Source: Octopus vulgaris
Taxonomy: Eukaryota
NCBI GenBank assembly: GCA_951406725.2
Contig: OX597815.1
Location: 53,072,001 to 53,136,000 of the forward strand
Length of the DNA stretch: 64,000 bases
Direction: 5' to 3'
In this document: positions 26,141 to 41,329 of the stretch, piece after piece
Numbering within the stretch: position 1 is the stretch's first letter
Layout: each line of letters starts with the position of its first letter
Notes under the pieces: generated by a model
The model's database searches: none
The model's input: the letters and a program-made list of their open reading frames with translations, nothing else
What the model was told of the DNA's origin: nothing
Made by a program: the position numbers and the translations under genes

Positions 26141-26954
26141 TCTGCATATATATATACATGCTAACAAACAAATAGGAGCTTTTAATTTCTTTCTTGCTAC
26201 AAGAATGAGTTTTAAAGCTCATGGACTTGAAATCTGAGGTAATACAACATAAACGAGGAACAAAGGAAATTAAATCAAGGCATGCATATTAACGTAAGCT
26301 TATATATTTTACCGACATGCACACATACGAACAACAGGAGGTCTTCGTTCATGATCGTTATAAAACTGGTAAGATTACTATCATTAATGCTAAGCTTTCA
26401 CTTCAGTAGTTTGAAGCTCAGAGGAAAAATGAGATCGAGAAGGGAATTTCAGAGGGTTTACTTCCCGAAAAATGGATTGAAAATAGCAATGTGATTATTG
26501 CAGAGTTTGATGTTGTGAGTGTGTAAGAGTGCCGAAAGGTGCAAAGATGGCTGCATCGCGTTGGTTTAGATTAAAGTGGTACGTTGTTTGCAAGTTCAGA
26601 TGTGCAATGGGTCGAATGTATGAATGTGACATCCTTACAGTTTCACATATTTTAGTTGTCATTTCACGAGATCTCGCTTGACTTCTGTACATGGTTAGCA
26701 AGTGTTTATGTATTTTCTAAGCATAAAGTGTAAGCTCAGGCCTCGGGTTGTAGATCTGGCAACATTATGCAGATGAGGTCCCCATTAAAGTCGTCAAAAA
26801 TTACTCAACCAAATATTTGCAGTTTTTTTTTTTTTTTTGAGATTTTTATATGTATGAGAGTACCGATCAAAAATGTATCCTTATGGATACATTGGTAGCC
26901 TAGAAAATTAGTTTTGGTACTGCTCGTATGGCGTGGCAATATTACCTTTAAGCA

Positions 26955-27432
26955 AGGCGGCTAGCTGGCAGAATCATCAGCATGCCGAGCAAAATGATTA
27001 GCAGCATTTCGTCCGTTTTCATGATCTGAGTTCAAATTCTGCCGAGGTCGACTTTGCTTTTCTTCCTTTCAGGGTCGATAAAATAAGTACCACTTAAACA
27101 CTGGGATCGATATAATCGACTTAGTCCCTTCCCCGAAATTGCTCGCCCTGTGCCAAAATTTGAAATCAATTTTGAGCGGCAAAGAAAAGCAGTTGTAAAC
27201 ATTGGTATTATTAGGGTAACAGCGAGCTGGCAGAATTGTGGCTGCATCAAACAATGTTTAGCGATGTTTCTTCAGATATTTTACGTTGTGAGTTCAAATC
27301 CCACCGAGATCAAATTTACCTTTCATCCTTTCGAGATAGATAAAATAAAGTCCCACATGAGACTGGGATCAATAAGATCGGCTAGTCTTCTTCCCCCTAA
27401 AATTGTTTGTCTTATGTCCAAATTAGAAATAG
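26955..27432 (+). mobile_element. Two adjacent SINE copies, 2347 family
   Basis: GGCGGCTAGCTGGCAGAATC...GAGTTCAAATTCTGCCGAGGTCGACTTTGC; the second copy starts at ~27220. Confidence 0.8.
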
Positions 27433-30400
27433 GGTAACGTCATTTCTTTCACTGTGTTTTCCAAGTCGAAACAGCAGCAGATGTCACAAAGGAGCGCACG
27501 AATTGTACAAATAGTCACTGAGAAGGGAAAAAGGGAATAAAGAAAATAGATATTTAAGCTGGATTCCTGTATATTTGAAATATTAGAAGTGAAGAAAGTA
27601 GTTTATATGGGTATGGACGCAGTTGATATTGTGAATGGGAGACACTGAAACGTTTCCTTTGATAAGACTTGAGTATCATTATAAAAATAAAAGCTGAAAT
27701 GTTCCGATGAAAATAAAAGCTAAAACGGCTGCGTACTGCTTGAGGACATTTGAAAGTACGTTGGATAAAACACCAAACAGTGTTGGACATGAACTAGCGA
27801 TCTCGCGGTTCGTCTCATAGTTTATCGATTCAACTAATGCAAGTATGTAAAATCTTCATTAAATTTTTTTATTTTACATGCACCATTGACGCTTATACGT
27901 CTTATAGTAAGTAAATGAATTGCTAAATTTCTTTTACGGGTTAGTGTATGATTTAAAACACTGCTTGGTACATACTCGGCACATCACGTGGAACATAGAC
28001 TGGCACATGACTTGGCGTATGACTTACTCTATCGGTTAGCAGATGACATGGTGAATAACTCGGTACAAATTTTCTATATGATGCATGTCTTCTCCTTGGT
28101 ACACGACTTGTTACAGAAGTCTCTATTCGGTACCAGGCAGTTCATATCTTCTGCATTTGGTAATGTTTAGTACATGCGAGTTATTATCTTCAAACTCTGG
28201 ATTAGAAAACAGTAAGTCGTAACTTAGTGTCACAGATAGATGAGTTGTTGTGCTTTCCATTTAGATAACAGAGATAAGACAGAAATAAACCTTGTTTAAA
28301 ACATGAACCTACATACTATTATTTTATCTGGTTGCTTTCCTAATTAACAGATCCCTTTATCATGTAGCGAACAGAGAGATACAAAGGGGAACAGTATTCT
28401 GTTTGCGTCTTAATCCGAACCAGAGCAATTCTAGAAACAGAGCAATATTGGATACTCGCTAAGGTGGGTTCAATAGTCGCGGTGTCGGAGGTGATGAGGT
28501 ATCTTTATACACATCTGAAAACCTCCCAAAATACACGCTATGCAGAATTCCTGCACCCTAGAGTTCAACATACTAATGATACTTGTTTTCAGTGATCTGC
28601 GTTGAGCGAGTAAAAAAATTGGGAATTTTTTCAAAGCGTCCGTGTCGCAATTGATTATTCGCTGTGGAACGAGTTGTTATTGATAAAGTCCAATCTATAT
28701 TTTCATTTGAATGATAATATTCGCAAAATATGTTTCATAATTTTAGTACTGATTTAATCCCGCCGCTGTAAATTATAAAGTTAACCACCAGATTCCATTC
28801 AGTTACGGACAAACCATTGAGTTGTTCTGTTGGTGCTGTTGTGTCATGAAGTGGTGCCAATGTTAAGAAACTTCAAAACTGTGTTTCAAGAAAATGACAT
28901 TACGAATGAACTCTAAAGCCTTGAACGTTTTTTGATGTTGTTATTATTGTTGTTAAGCCGCAGATCAGCTTTGAGGGAATAGACTTTTAGGCACCCTAGC
29001 CGTAAGCATCCCATCATTTTTGAACATTAAGAACTACAATGTGGTATTCTTTATTTAAGACAATCGTGGATTGAAGGAGAAATTACTCTTATTTTGAGCA
29101 GTCGAACGTTTAAATTATTCTGTTGTGATGCAATTGTTGGAAGACGTCCTGGATAGCAACAGAAATAACTAGTTTCATAGTTATTTAAGAACTCATTAAG
29201 AATTATTCCTTTCCCCATCCTTATCTGCTAATGATATTAGCTAAACGATAAACAATTAAAATGTAAACAAGTATGAGATGTAGCAGAAACTCATTTACAT
29301 TGTAGCACAAGGTTGACAATAACTACCAGTGTACATCATTGTCCTGTCACCAACCTCTTATAATTATGTAAGTGAATGCTTATCTTGTTACATACTTGTT
29401 TACATTTTAGTAAGTAGCCCTAAGCTATTATTATCACCAGTTTCGGAAGTTCACATGAGTTGATCTCATTAAATAAGTAGGAATCAGGCCGGTTCGATCC
29501 TCATGGCCTTAATTTCACAGCTAGGCTGAAAACTTAAAGATATGAAGCTGTGAATCATTTAATTATTTACTGATAAATTAATTAACCTTATCAAAGCAAT
29601 GAATTGATAGAAAGGATAACGCCATTGCGCTTCTACCTATCTGCACCTTGAGTTCTATCAGCTGTACTTTCCTTTTATCGGGCAGAGGTTGATAAAATGA
29701 ATACCAATCAAAATTGGAGTCGATTTGATTACATTTCTCTTTTACAAATGTACTGCTAAAATTCCATATTAGAAATATCATACTGTCAAATACTGGACCT
29801 TTTTCTTTGATTGTGTCGTGTGCCACATTTCCGGTTAGCCCTTTAAATGAATTCAGTGACTCGTTTCGTACAGAATATGAAAACATTTCCAGTAAAATAC
29901 GCTGTATCAACTAACTCGGATTAAGTTTAATATTTCCTCAGTCAGAAATAGGGTTTTAGGAATAGATAGGAGTGAAGGTGAGCCTTAAAATAGAGGGTAG
30001 CATATAATTTGCATCACATACATGCATACATACATGCATGCATGCATACATACATACATACATACATACATACATACATACATACACAGAGGTGATGAGA
30101 GAGAGAGTAAAATACCTTTACAAGAAATAGAAGTGGGTATAATGACAAGCAATGGTGTCAGTATAACAGCATGAATAACAAGCATGAATAATATCAACAA
30201 CAATAACACAAGAATAAGCCATAATTCACAGTAATCCACCAAATTTATTTCTGTATAGGATTTTACTTGCAGGTATTTATTTTTTATCACACACACATAC
30301 AAGCTCACTTTTGCACGCCCCTCCCCTGCATACATACATACATACATACATACATACATACGTAATACATGCATACATACACAGACATATACATACATAC

Positions 30401-30519
30401 GTACGCTTACGCACACACACACATATGCATACATACGCACGCGCACGCACGCACACATACACACATACACACCTACACACATGGAGTGAGCGAAAGTGAG
30501 AGGGAGAGTAAGAGAAAAA

Positions 30520-31100
30520 GAGTAAATTGTCAAATCTCATGGGACTCCCTTTTCTATCCATCTTGCATGCGCTTTTCTTCTGCCAGTTCGCTGTAAAACA
30601 TTCTCTTGAGACACTCAAGCATTTGATCAAATCTTCATCAACTTTTTAAAGTTTCACTTGGAAAAGAAAATAATGGTGGAGAAAGAAGTTCTGATTCTCA
30701 GCAAATTTGTTGAAAGAGGGGTGGCTGTGGCGAGCATGGGCTGAATGAACAGGCTGGTCTGAGTATGCGCCTATAGTTTGGAGAGGAACAATTTGGAGAG
30801 GATCTTGCCTTAGAGCCCGGCATATCTGGTTTTTTATTCTTGTAAACTTTCTAGCACTTCTGATGAATCGTTCTTTGTTTTCTCTCTCTCTCACTCTCTT
30901 TTTCTTTGCTATTCCTCGTATTTACGAGTTTGTATGTAATCCTTCACTGTATCATCTTGTATCATCCTCAGTCTTTTTGTAAACCCTTTGTGGTTAATAA
31001 AAACCTTATTTTTTAGTTCCAAGATACATCTCACGGATACTCTGGGATGCATCATCAGTGATGTTTTGAAGATCTTAAGGGATTTCGGGTCTTTGACCAA
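30520..31100 (-). mobile_element. Highly degenerate RTE-clade LINE C-terminal remnant
   Basis: LKRMFYSELAEEKRMQDG*K resembles the RTE motif LPKxxFYxELxxGKRxxGG; LKNKVFINH lies upstream. Confidence 0.45.
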
Positions 31101-31970
31101 CCAGTTAATCCAGTAGCCGCAGCAGCAAACTTTGAGTAACAGCTAATCTGTTTTCTTTATCCAAAGCCACCTAGTGGCTATCATTATCAATACATGGACC
31201 AGGATGTTGTTGAATAGATTCAGTTAGCTCAACACACACAAACACACAGTACAGCTGATTGATTAAAACTCTTGCCTTATTCTTATTGTAGAGCAAGCTT
31301 TTACATTTTCTAAGACGTGTACCCCGATTTAACAATGTACTAAGAGCGAAATCTAGCAGCCATTTGAAGCAGATCGTGTGCAGTAAAGTCTGTCTACAGT
31401 TTTATTTTCTTTGAGACTGCCTAATATATCGTGTTATTTAGTAATTTCACTCATGTTTTGCTCTCTGATACGTAACAAATACATGTTTTTAAACCTTAAA
31501 AAGTAAAAATGCAAGTAGGATGATGTGACACTTATGGATTTTAAAACGTGTTAGCAATATACAAATAAAATGAAATTGTAAATGAAGTGAAATCGTTTTC
31601 GGTTTTGACGGTGTGATGAAATAAAGGAACACAAGTTTGTATAAGTGCGTGAGGCAAATTGGTTATAACTTAGCATTAAAACATAAGCCCATCCTTTTAC
31701 GACCCCCTCCATCCTCTCTCTCTCTCCCCATCTTCTCTATTTCTCTCTTCTACTGTGCTCATAAATTATGAAAGAAGAAATGCTAATGTATTTCGCCTAA
31801 GGCCAATATTTGAGCATTAATCATGTCAAAGTCGTTAATTTTGAACTAAAATGTTCATGGGCCGCCTCATAAAAAGACCCCATCATATTACTGCTATTTG
31901 CTTTATTAACTTTAAATGAACTAATTAAATTTCTTAAGAAAATAGTGGCCAATTAACTGTTTTCCCCCTT

Positions 31971-32029
<59 letters not shown>

Positions 32030-32741
32030 ATATGTATATAGATAGTCAGCTAAACTAAAGGATTAAATAATAAGGGTGTGGTAAGACAGGTCCATGATAC
32101 GAACTTCCGATCTATCGATTTGTGCGGCTCAAACTATCATACTATCATAATATCACAGAAATTCCATTGCAATTTTCGGATACAACCATTAAGTTCACAC
32201 AACACATTACATTACGGACTTACACACGCGCGCCCATGTGCACACACACACACATGCCCCCCCCCCCCCTCCTCACACACGCACGCACACACACACGCAT
32301 GCCCCCACACATTATATTAAGATTGAAAGGATCTGTACAATACACATTAAATACCGATTACAAAACAACAAAGTATGTTCAATCTCTCCATCTTTTTTTC
32401 ACTCGATCAATTATTATGATTATGATTATGATTATTGTTGTTGTTGTTGTTGCTGATGGTGGGGTGGGGGTGTCGCTGCTGCAATAGTTATTGTGGTTGT
32501 GATGATGATTGACTAATTTTGCCATAGCAGTGTAGCGAGCAGCACCGCCTCTATTCATGCAGTCACGATTCACTTCGATGGCGTAAAGACACCAGCTCTG
32601 TTCTAATGACCCGACCTGGAAGGGGTAAAAATCATTACACTATGTACAATGCGATTTGAACGAAATCACGTGGTCTACGAACAATCACAAGCACTGATTC
32701 ACCATTTCTAAATCGGAAACTTGCGAATAGTTATATATATG

Positions 32742-32794
<53 letters not shown>

Positions 32795-33849
32795 ACGCGT
32801 GTGTGTGTGTATGTATGTATGCATGTATGTATATCTTACACATACACACACACAAATTTGTGTATGGGTATATACATAAGCATACATATACATATATAGA
32901 CACATACATATCTATCTATCTATCTCTATATGTATACATATACATACATACAAATATATATATATATATACATACAAATATATATATATATATATATATA
33001 CCTGTGTATTTCTGAACGCACAACTTAAAGCATAATTAACAAAACATTATAGGAAAACAAAAATGAGAAACAAAGAACACCAAGCTCAATCACATTCACG
33101 CACATATGATGGGAGGAGTCAACAGAAAGAGAAAGCCAAAAAAACAGCCCAAAACAGATGAACAAACAAACAAAAATAAACACCATCCCCTCATCACCTC
33201 AACCCTCGCAGAAAAAAAAAAGACAAAAGAAAGAAAGGAAACCCAATTGAAAACCTTTCGAAGAGATCGGTATTTTGTTTTCAATGATTTTTCTGTTTCT
33301 TCGCCATTCAATAATATATTAAGGACAAATAAGCAATAGAAAAACATTTTCCACATTCTATTTTGTACTTTTACTCCTGCTTTCCTTTCTTTCTTTACTT
33401 TTTTCTCTCTTCATTTCTTTCTTTGTTCCTTCTTTCTCTTTTACTCCGTTTCTTTATTTCTTTCTTGTTTTGTTTCTTTTTTCTCCTCTCTTCTTTTTCG
33501 TTCATCTTTTTTTCTTCCTTAGATCCGTCCCCTTTTGTATCTTCTCTCTAACATCTAAAGTAGTATCTGCATGCAGCTACCTCTTTCTTCAAAGGAACCA
33601 ATTCATTACCAGCACAGACTTCTTTCCCCACTCTTAATATTTATTCTCACGCCCACTTCACCACGTTCCTTTCAAGTTTTTGGTTTGTTTTCCGCATCTT
33701 CTTCTCCCACCAACAACTCACACCATTACATCTTTTCATACCAAACGTGGGTACCAAAAATGCTTTGTTGCATTTCTCTCCACCACATCCATAATCTGTT
33801 TCTTTACTTGCCTTTTTTCTCTTTTCCTTCTTTCCTCATCTTTTACAAC

Positions 33850-34310
33850 GTTTCAAATTTTGGCACAAGGCCAGTAATTTTAAGGGTTGAGGTAAGTCAG
33901 TTACAGCGATCCCACTGTTCAACTATTGTTTAATTCATCAATTCTGAAAGGACGAAAGGCAAAGTCGATCTCAGCGGAATTCGGACTCTGAATTCGGAGC
34001 TGAAAGAGCTAGAAGAAATATCGCAAAACATTTTACTTGACGCTCTAACGATTCTGCCAGCTCGCTACCTCTTTTATCTTACATATCCTTTCTACTAAAG
34101 ACACAAGGCCTGAAATTTAGGGGGAAGGGGACTAGCCGATTACATCGAACCCAGTGTTTCACTGGTACTTAATTTATCGACCTCGAAAATGCGAATGGCA
34201 AAGTCTATCTCGGCAGAATTCGAACTCAAAGCGTAAAGAACTAGAAGAAATGTCGCAAATCATTTTGCCCGATACTCTAACGACTCGGCCAGCTAGCCGT
34301 CTTTCCTTTA
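33850..34310 (-). mobile_element. Two degenerate SINE copies, 2347 family
   Basis: Plus strand reads GAAAGGCAAAGTCGATCTCAGCGGAATT and CTAACGATTCTGCCAGCTCGC, the reverse complement of the family head. Confidence 0.75.
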
Positions 34311-34990
34311 TTTTACATATCATTAATTTCTACCACAACATTTAGTTCATATTTATATATTTCATCCAACAACATTTAATTAACTTTCAAACGTTTATTT
34401 TCCGACATCAAGCAAACACAACCAAACACACTAAATAGGAAGTAATTCTGAGTCAGGCTGAATTTCAATTCTATGCCATGATTTTATCTATTCCTTGATG
34501 GTATTCTATCTTAATTTATCTCATTTTATTTTGTTTCGTTCATTTTCTTGTGTATTTATATTTCTTTGGCCACACCTTTGCTCCAACTTTCTTCTAAAGT
34601 TACTATTCCAACATTCCCGCCTATTTTCAGCTCGGCGGTTTCAACATATTTAACTAGCGTTATTTATATCTGCTGACTTCTATAATCTCCTAAACATTTA
34701 TAGGCGGAGTCAGTCAGTCAAACGAAATCAATACAGTAATTTAACTGGTGTTGTTATAGGTTCAACTAAAATCGATAACAACATGTTCGTGTAATATCAC
34801 TTGCTCTTCATCAAGGACAAATATAAAGTGAAATGGGAGGTGCAACATTCATGCCTTTTCCACACACACTCACAAACACACGTAAGTATCTATGTATATG
34901 TGTGTGTAGGTATGTATGTGCGTACGTATATATGTGCTTATACACTCACACACTATGTATATGCATATATATGTGCATGTACATATATAT

Positions 34991-34993
<3 letters not shown>

Positions 34994-35030
<37 letters not shown>

Positions 35031-35118
35031 AGAGAGAGAGAGAGAGAGAAAAAGAAAGAGAGAGAGAAAGAGAAAGAGAGAGAGAGAGAAAGAGAGAGAC
35101 AAAGAGAGAGAAAAAGAA

Positions 35119-35151
<33 letters not shown>
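34994..35151. repeat. (GA)n microsatellite
   Basis: Directly visible. Confidence 0.95.
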
Positions 35152-35155
<4 letters not shown>

Positions 35156-36063
35156 TGAGAAACATATAAGAGTCACTAGCAGTTTCATGGCATGGAGACA
35201 CGATAATTCGGCAGATTTATATAACGTGCCTTGTGTTTCCAACCAATCTTTGTAGCTCAGTACAAATGGTTACTTCTATTTGAAAACCAGGGTGCTGGTC
35301 CATGAGTAATCTCGAGAAAATACGCAAAGGTTGATGGAAAAAGTGGAAGGAGAAGACGAAGAGTGAATAAATACGGAAAAGGCAACAAAAAGAATGAAAA
35401 AAAAAGAATACCAAAAGTTAAATCCTTTTTGTAAAAATCCTAATTAATCTAACTGGGGTAAGAATAATATAAGGATGAGGAAACCAAAATCTGCGAGATA
35501 ACTGTCCAGCGTGGAAAGAGTGTTGTCCTCCAGTTCCAAAAAGAAAAAGAAAAATATACCTGTGTGCTTGCATTTGTTGAAAATTTTGAAACTGGAATTT
35601 AAGTAGTGTAGTGGAAGTCTTGGATGCAAGCTATGCGTAGCTGAAAGATCACACATTCCCTTTAGATTAAAGAATTCCATCATACTATTTAAATCAGAAC
35701 CGAAATGTTCAGCAAATGTAAGCACATCGACAAATTTGTTTTGTCGGACTGGAGGACTCCCGCCCTCTCCAGTTTGAGCAGCTGCCTCGTAGACTTTGGC
35801 CCCGCTACTGTTGAATTATTCTAGCTAGATTAATTTTGATTTCTATGGATACAAGGGACGCAACTCCTAGTTTACTTTCCTCTCTTTTCTGCTCTTTATA
35901 TGTAAACATATGCATTTTTGTATTTCATGTATTTAATATACTTTATATATTGACCTGTCTAACTTGCTTATCCTTACATCAACTTCTATATCCACTCAAG
36001 TTTAAATCTCTTGAACACTACAAAAGTGTATTCTATACAGAGAATATCTGATTCTTATCTATG

Positions 36064-36146
<83 letters not shown>

Positions 36147-38654
36147 CATATATATACATATATACATATATATTTTACCAAATATAGACGTTCAATTTAT
36201 TATTTTTCACATTACTTAATCATCGGTATATTATTGTTATTTCATATTTAATATTTCTATTATATGTAATTTTCTAGATGGTGTAATTTGATTTTTCATT
36301 TTGAATTGATAAAAGGTGTTTTTTTCTAATTTATATATATATATATATATATATATCCTATTTTGTAAAATTTGATTTTGAATTTCTAAAATATATATAT
36401 ATATATATTCCGTATTATAAGTCTTGTTAGATGTATTTCTCTATTGTAAAACGCTCGATAAATTCCACATTTATATTCAAAACAGATAGGTAGTAATATA
36501 GCAAATTTTCGTAAATTCGAAAAAGAAACTTGCGACTCCATAAATTATTTCAAACAGGGAAACGTACTTAATATGTTAAGTAAGATATATTTATTCATTC
36601 AAGCTAAAGGCTCTCACCGCCACTTCTCTCACTTCTTATTGACCTTCCAGCACACATGTACTTGACACAATTTCTTGTGTTATTGGTTCTGGAGATACTG
36701 GTAGTTATATTTCCTCTCACTTGGAAAAATATAGGGATTTGCATCTAAATAAGAGATCACTATTGAGAGAAAGGTTTAAGCTTTTACTGAACCGGCGATG
36801 CTTTTTCTCAGTTTCTTCATTCCTCAAATTTCCAATCTACTCTCTAATTTGTTTTTTTTACAGTGGATATGTGCAGAAAGGTGCGTGCAAATTTTGTCTT
36901 TCTAAGCAAAACTATGTTCGCATGTTAACCATCTTCAATTAAAAAAAAATCAACTTAAAACACCTCGCCTGTGTGTACATATTTTCCTTGTGCACTAGTC
37001 GTAAAACGAGTGCTGTTTGCATTCTTTGGTTCCTGTTTGTAACCTAATACTTATCTGTCTGTTTATCGTCTGCAGTAACTAATCATGTTAGGAGATTTTC
37101 GTATCATTATTATCTAATATGACAGAAAAATGGATTTATTATTCACTGAAAATATTATTAATATTCTTGAGCTTCACTATTTCCTCGGATAAACAAAGTT
37201 TCCTGTGTGAATTAAATCTTTCCAACACTTCGGATTTTGGTATGTTTTATAACCTGAATGGGAATAACGGGATCTCAAACACCTACAACCAAATATAATT
37301 TCGTGTGTGTGTGTGTGTAAGTTCAAATTATTTTGACACCATCATCAGCCTGTGTGTTAGTTTATAGTTTTTTATGCAAAGCATGGCCTCTACAGAGTAA
37401 CTTTTAACTAACAGAAAGGTGGAAGGCGGGTAGTCAACTACGTCAACCTATTATTTGATTGGTTCTTATTTTATTGATAACAGTATGACCTAAACTAAGG
37501 ATATAGACTTGAATAAGGAGTAGGGCGAGGCATTATAGCCGATGCGCTAATGATTTGCTAGCTTCTCGCTATAATTGCTTCATATTATGGCATAAACCAG
37601 GAATTTCGGATGGAAGAAGTTAGTTTCTTACAGTGATCCAAAACTTAACTGGTACTTTATTTTATCCATTTTGGAGGAATGAAATGCAAATTTTACCTAA
37701 GCGGTGTTTGAAGTCAAAATGTTAAGAGCCGGAAGAAATACTATAAAGTATGTACTGATGCTTTAACGATTCTCTAGCTTCTATTAATCCTTTTCACTAT
37801 AGGCACAAAGCCTGACATTTTTTGTGGGGAATGGTTCGATTACATCGACCTCAACTGGTACTTATTTCATCGACCCCAAAAGCATGAAAGGTAAAGTCGT
37901 CGACTTCTGTGAAACCCAGAAATTAAAGTCGGACTATATGCTGCTAAGCATTTTTTCCTGGCTTCTTTCAGCTCAACGCCTTTCGCCACCTTCTAATAAT
38001 AAATTATTTTTAACATAGGGACGAAGTTAAATAATTTTATGGGCAAGGAACAGACAGTAGAACGATCCTATTTCTTGACTACTGCCTATTTTATCATCAC
38101 CGAAAGCACGCAATTCATGGCTACTTTCATAGGGATTTGAACTCAGAGTGTCTTTAGATGCAACTAAATATTGCACAGCATCTTATTCTACACTCAACAG
38201 AATTTTTCACACCACATCCCAAGCCACACTATACATCAAAACAAATTGCTAGCCATCACATGAATAGCCATTTTAACCTCGACATTAAGATAGCAGATAA
38301 CTTTCTTGATCTGTATGCTGTCGTCGTATAAAATAGAATTGAACTTGTTGACTATATATCCCGAATCTATGTATCGATTTTAGAGTTGGAATCTTATCAA
38401 AACTATTTGAATCAGAAACGGTTTCTGTTCTTGCTACTCCTGGCTCTTATAAAAATAGATTGGATTATCTTATTGCTCTGTAATATAAAAATATCGAGAA
38501 AGTTAATATCAGGTTAGTACCAAATAGAAAGAACAAAAATATATCATTCTTCAAAACTAAGTAAAATTTCCAAAGTCAACCAGATTTTCACAGAAAGATA
38601 TTACATTCTTGTCCAGCTCAATCTCACTAAGTATAATTCCCTGTAGAGATATAA

Positions 38655-38708
<54 letters not shown>

Positions 38709-38875
38709 TACATGAGTTAAAGGTTAAGCAACCATCTAAGGGATAATAAATATCCAATATACTTCTGGGTATATACCTACGTATTTATATCCAAGTGCCT
38801 GCTATTGCAGGGCAGTATCGCAATTGAATAATAGGTATGAGCGCGGGTAAAATAGAAATTTACCCAAAGTTTATA

Positions 38876-39104
38876 AGGTAAATAAGAAAATAGAGAGGGT
38901 AATCAATCGACAAACATCAGCCTGTAAACATTGATTTGGAACTATCAAGTAATTACAATCATATGTATAAGTAATCATTTTGATTATTTTGATTATTTTG
39001 ATTACTTATAAATACGATTGTAATTAATTAATAAATAGTTCCAAATGAATGTTTACAGACTGATGTTTGTCGATTGATTATCCTCTCCATTTTCTTATTT
39101 GCCT
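38876..39104. repeat. ~230-bp imperfect palindrome (fold-back/MITE-like)
   Basis: The ~100-bp left arm AGGTAAATAAGAAAA...GTAATCA is the reverse complement of the right arm TGATTAC...TTTTCTTATTTGCCT. The spacer is short (TTTTGATTA)n. Confidence 0.9.
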
Positions 39105-39160
39105 AATATATATGTATGTATGTATGTATACATACATACACACACATACAAATACACACG

Positions 39161-39228
<68 letters not shown>

Positions 39229-39361
39229 AAAGAGAGAAAGAGAATTTCATGTATATACACAAATATCTGTCCCGGCTAACTCACAAATACCTTTGGGGTA
39301 AAAATCGGACAAATCTAGAAAGGTTTTGCTAAAGGACTAAAGATTGCATGTATGTATATCC

Positions 39362-39518
<157 letters not shown>

Positions 39519-39579
39519 TTCGAATCTATTGTAGCAGCCTCTAATAAGCAAAAGCTTTTTCTTTATCATCAAAGCTCAC

Positions 39580-40110
39580 ATCATTACAACTCTAGTTATA
39601 CGAACACTCAACACACCCACAGCTCAGCACAGATACCCTTACATTAGACCACAACCGCAACCCAACCCATCCTATTGACACTGCCTGGAACACCACCACA
39701 ATCTCTACCACCCTTACGAATAGTACAATTAATACTAATAATCTAGAAACTTCTTCCCCCTTCTCTAACCTCTCGTCTGACGATATTACCTCCTCTATTC
39801 CTGAATACATTCCCCAAAATTCACCTAACTGTAATTGCTCTCCTGGAACCATCTGCCCGTTACAAACCCATTGCAGAAGATATAATGTAAGTTACAAATG
39901 CACTGTCCTTAATCTATTACACAACTCTACAGCCATATACATAACGCTTTACATGTTAGTAATAATTTAGCTGGCGGACTTTGGCTGATGAGAAATCACG
40001 CGCCTAGGTGGCGCTAAATTTCGAAACCGGTACCACGTTGACCAGTATTTACTTGTTCTGACCCATTTGAAGTAAGACATTATTATTGTTCACTGATATT
40101 TTTCCTATCT
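39580..40110 (+). mobile_element. Internally deleted Penelope-like element end
   Basis: NCNCSPGTICPLQTHCRRYNVSYKCTV...AIYI (Cys linker plus GIY-YIG start), followed closely by an HHR. Confidence 0.7.
39971..40045 (+). ncRNA. Type I hammerhead ribozyme
   Basis: TGG-CTGATGA-GAAAT..GCGCC TAGGT GGCGC..ATTTC-GAAA-CCGG-TA-CCA: intact core, palindromic ACCGGT, GUA triplet. Stem I extends distally via CTGG/CCAG. Confidence 0.85.
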
Positions 40111-40246
40111 TGTCTCTAATAGATTTGTGACTATTCGGTGGTACAGAAGTATTTTTTGACTTCTATCATTAGCGATATAGGTACTCATGTAGTAACCTTG
40201 TGTATATATGTACATATATAATATTGTATGTATATATTTTATTATT

Positions 40247-40294
<48 letters not shown>

Positions 40295-40295
40295 G

Positions 40296-40327
<32 letters not shown>

Positions 40328-41295
40328 TGTATGTATGTATGTATGTATGTATGTATGTATGCATGTATGCGTGTATGTGTGTATGTCTGTATGTATGTTC
40401 GTGTCTTGGAGATATGATTTTTTAAATGAGAAATATTCATGCACAAAATTCATGTGCCTGCTCTCTTGGTGTCTCAAACTAGTTACTTCCTATGTCCGCA
40501 TATCTGTGCAGCATATATTACGAGGTCATTTAAGCTTAATAAACATAATATAACAGAAGTTCCTACATATTTGAATTCCGGGCAACGTTGGCTACCTCTG
40601 CTCGAAAGAGTGCGTGTGTATGTGTGTCTATGTATGTGTAAGGGTCTGCGAGGCAGTGATCTTTAACTCTCTAATTTCAAATCGCGGCAATTCTCTGATC
40701 ATTCCAGGAATGGATAATATATTTAAAGCCAACAAGTTTTGTCGATTAATTTGACTGCCTTTCGTCGAAAGATCTATGATCTTGTGGCATAATTAGAAGT
40801 CGTTAATATAAACTATTATATAGTCTGAAACTACAAATATGTTTGAAAGAAGACATTTTGTCTTTCTGTGAGGGTAGAGTCCTGGGATTACAGATTTAAG
40901 GACATGAACGTTGTTTATTGTAAAAACCAATAAATCAAAAGCGTAAAAAATTACTTGGGAAGCAGAAGAGACGTTGTTGTTGACAAAACAAGCAGGCTAA
41001 GAGGAAGTGGAGAATTGCAAATAAAGTAATCAAAACGTAGCATCTGAGTTGCATTGTAAAAAGAATAGCGCGTAGTAGTAGGACAAATGTATGTTCGTGT
41101 ATAGCTTGCGTTTGAGTGTGTGTGTATGTGTGTGTGTGCGTGTGTGTGAGAGAGCGAAAGAAAGAGGGCAGAAGGATAATGAAAGGGAAAGTGAGAGGGT
41201 AAACGGAAAGAAGAGAGATAATGGAATGGAAAAACAGTAAAACATAGAAAATGAGAGAGAAGAAAAGGAATACAAAGGGAGAGAGAGGGGGTTAA

Positions 41296-41329
<34 letters not shown>

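Noticed and set aside
28784-28834. Imperfect hairpin resembling a pre-miRNA
   Set aside because: Short stem with an internal loop, and no match to a miRNA I recognise.
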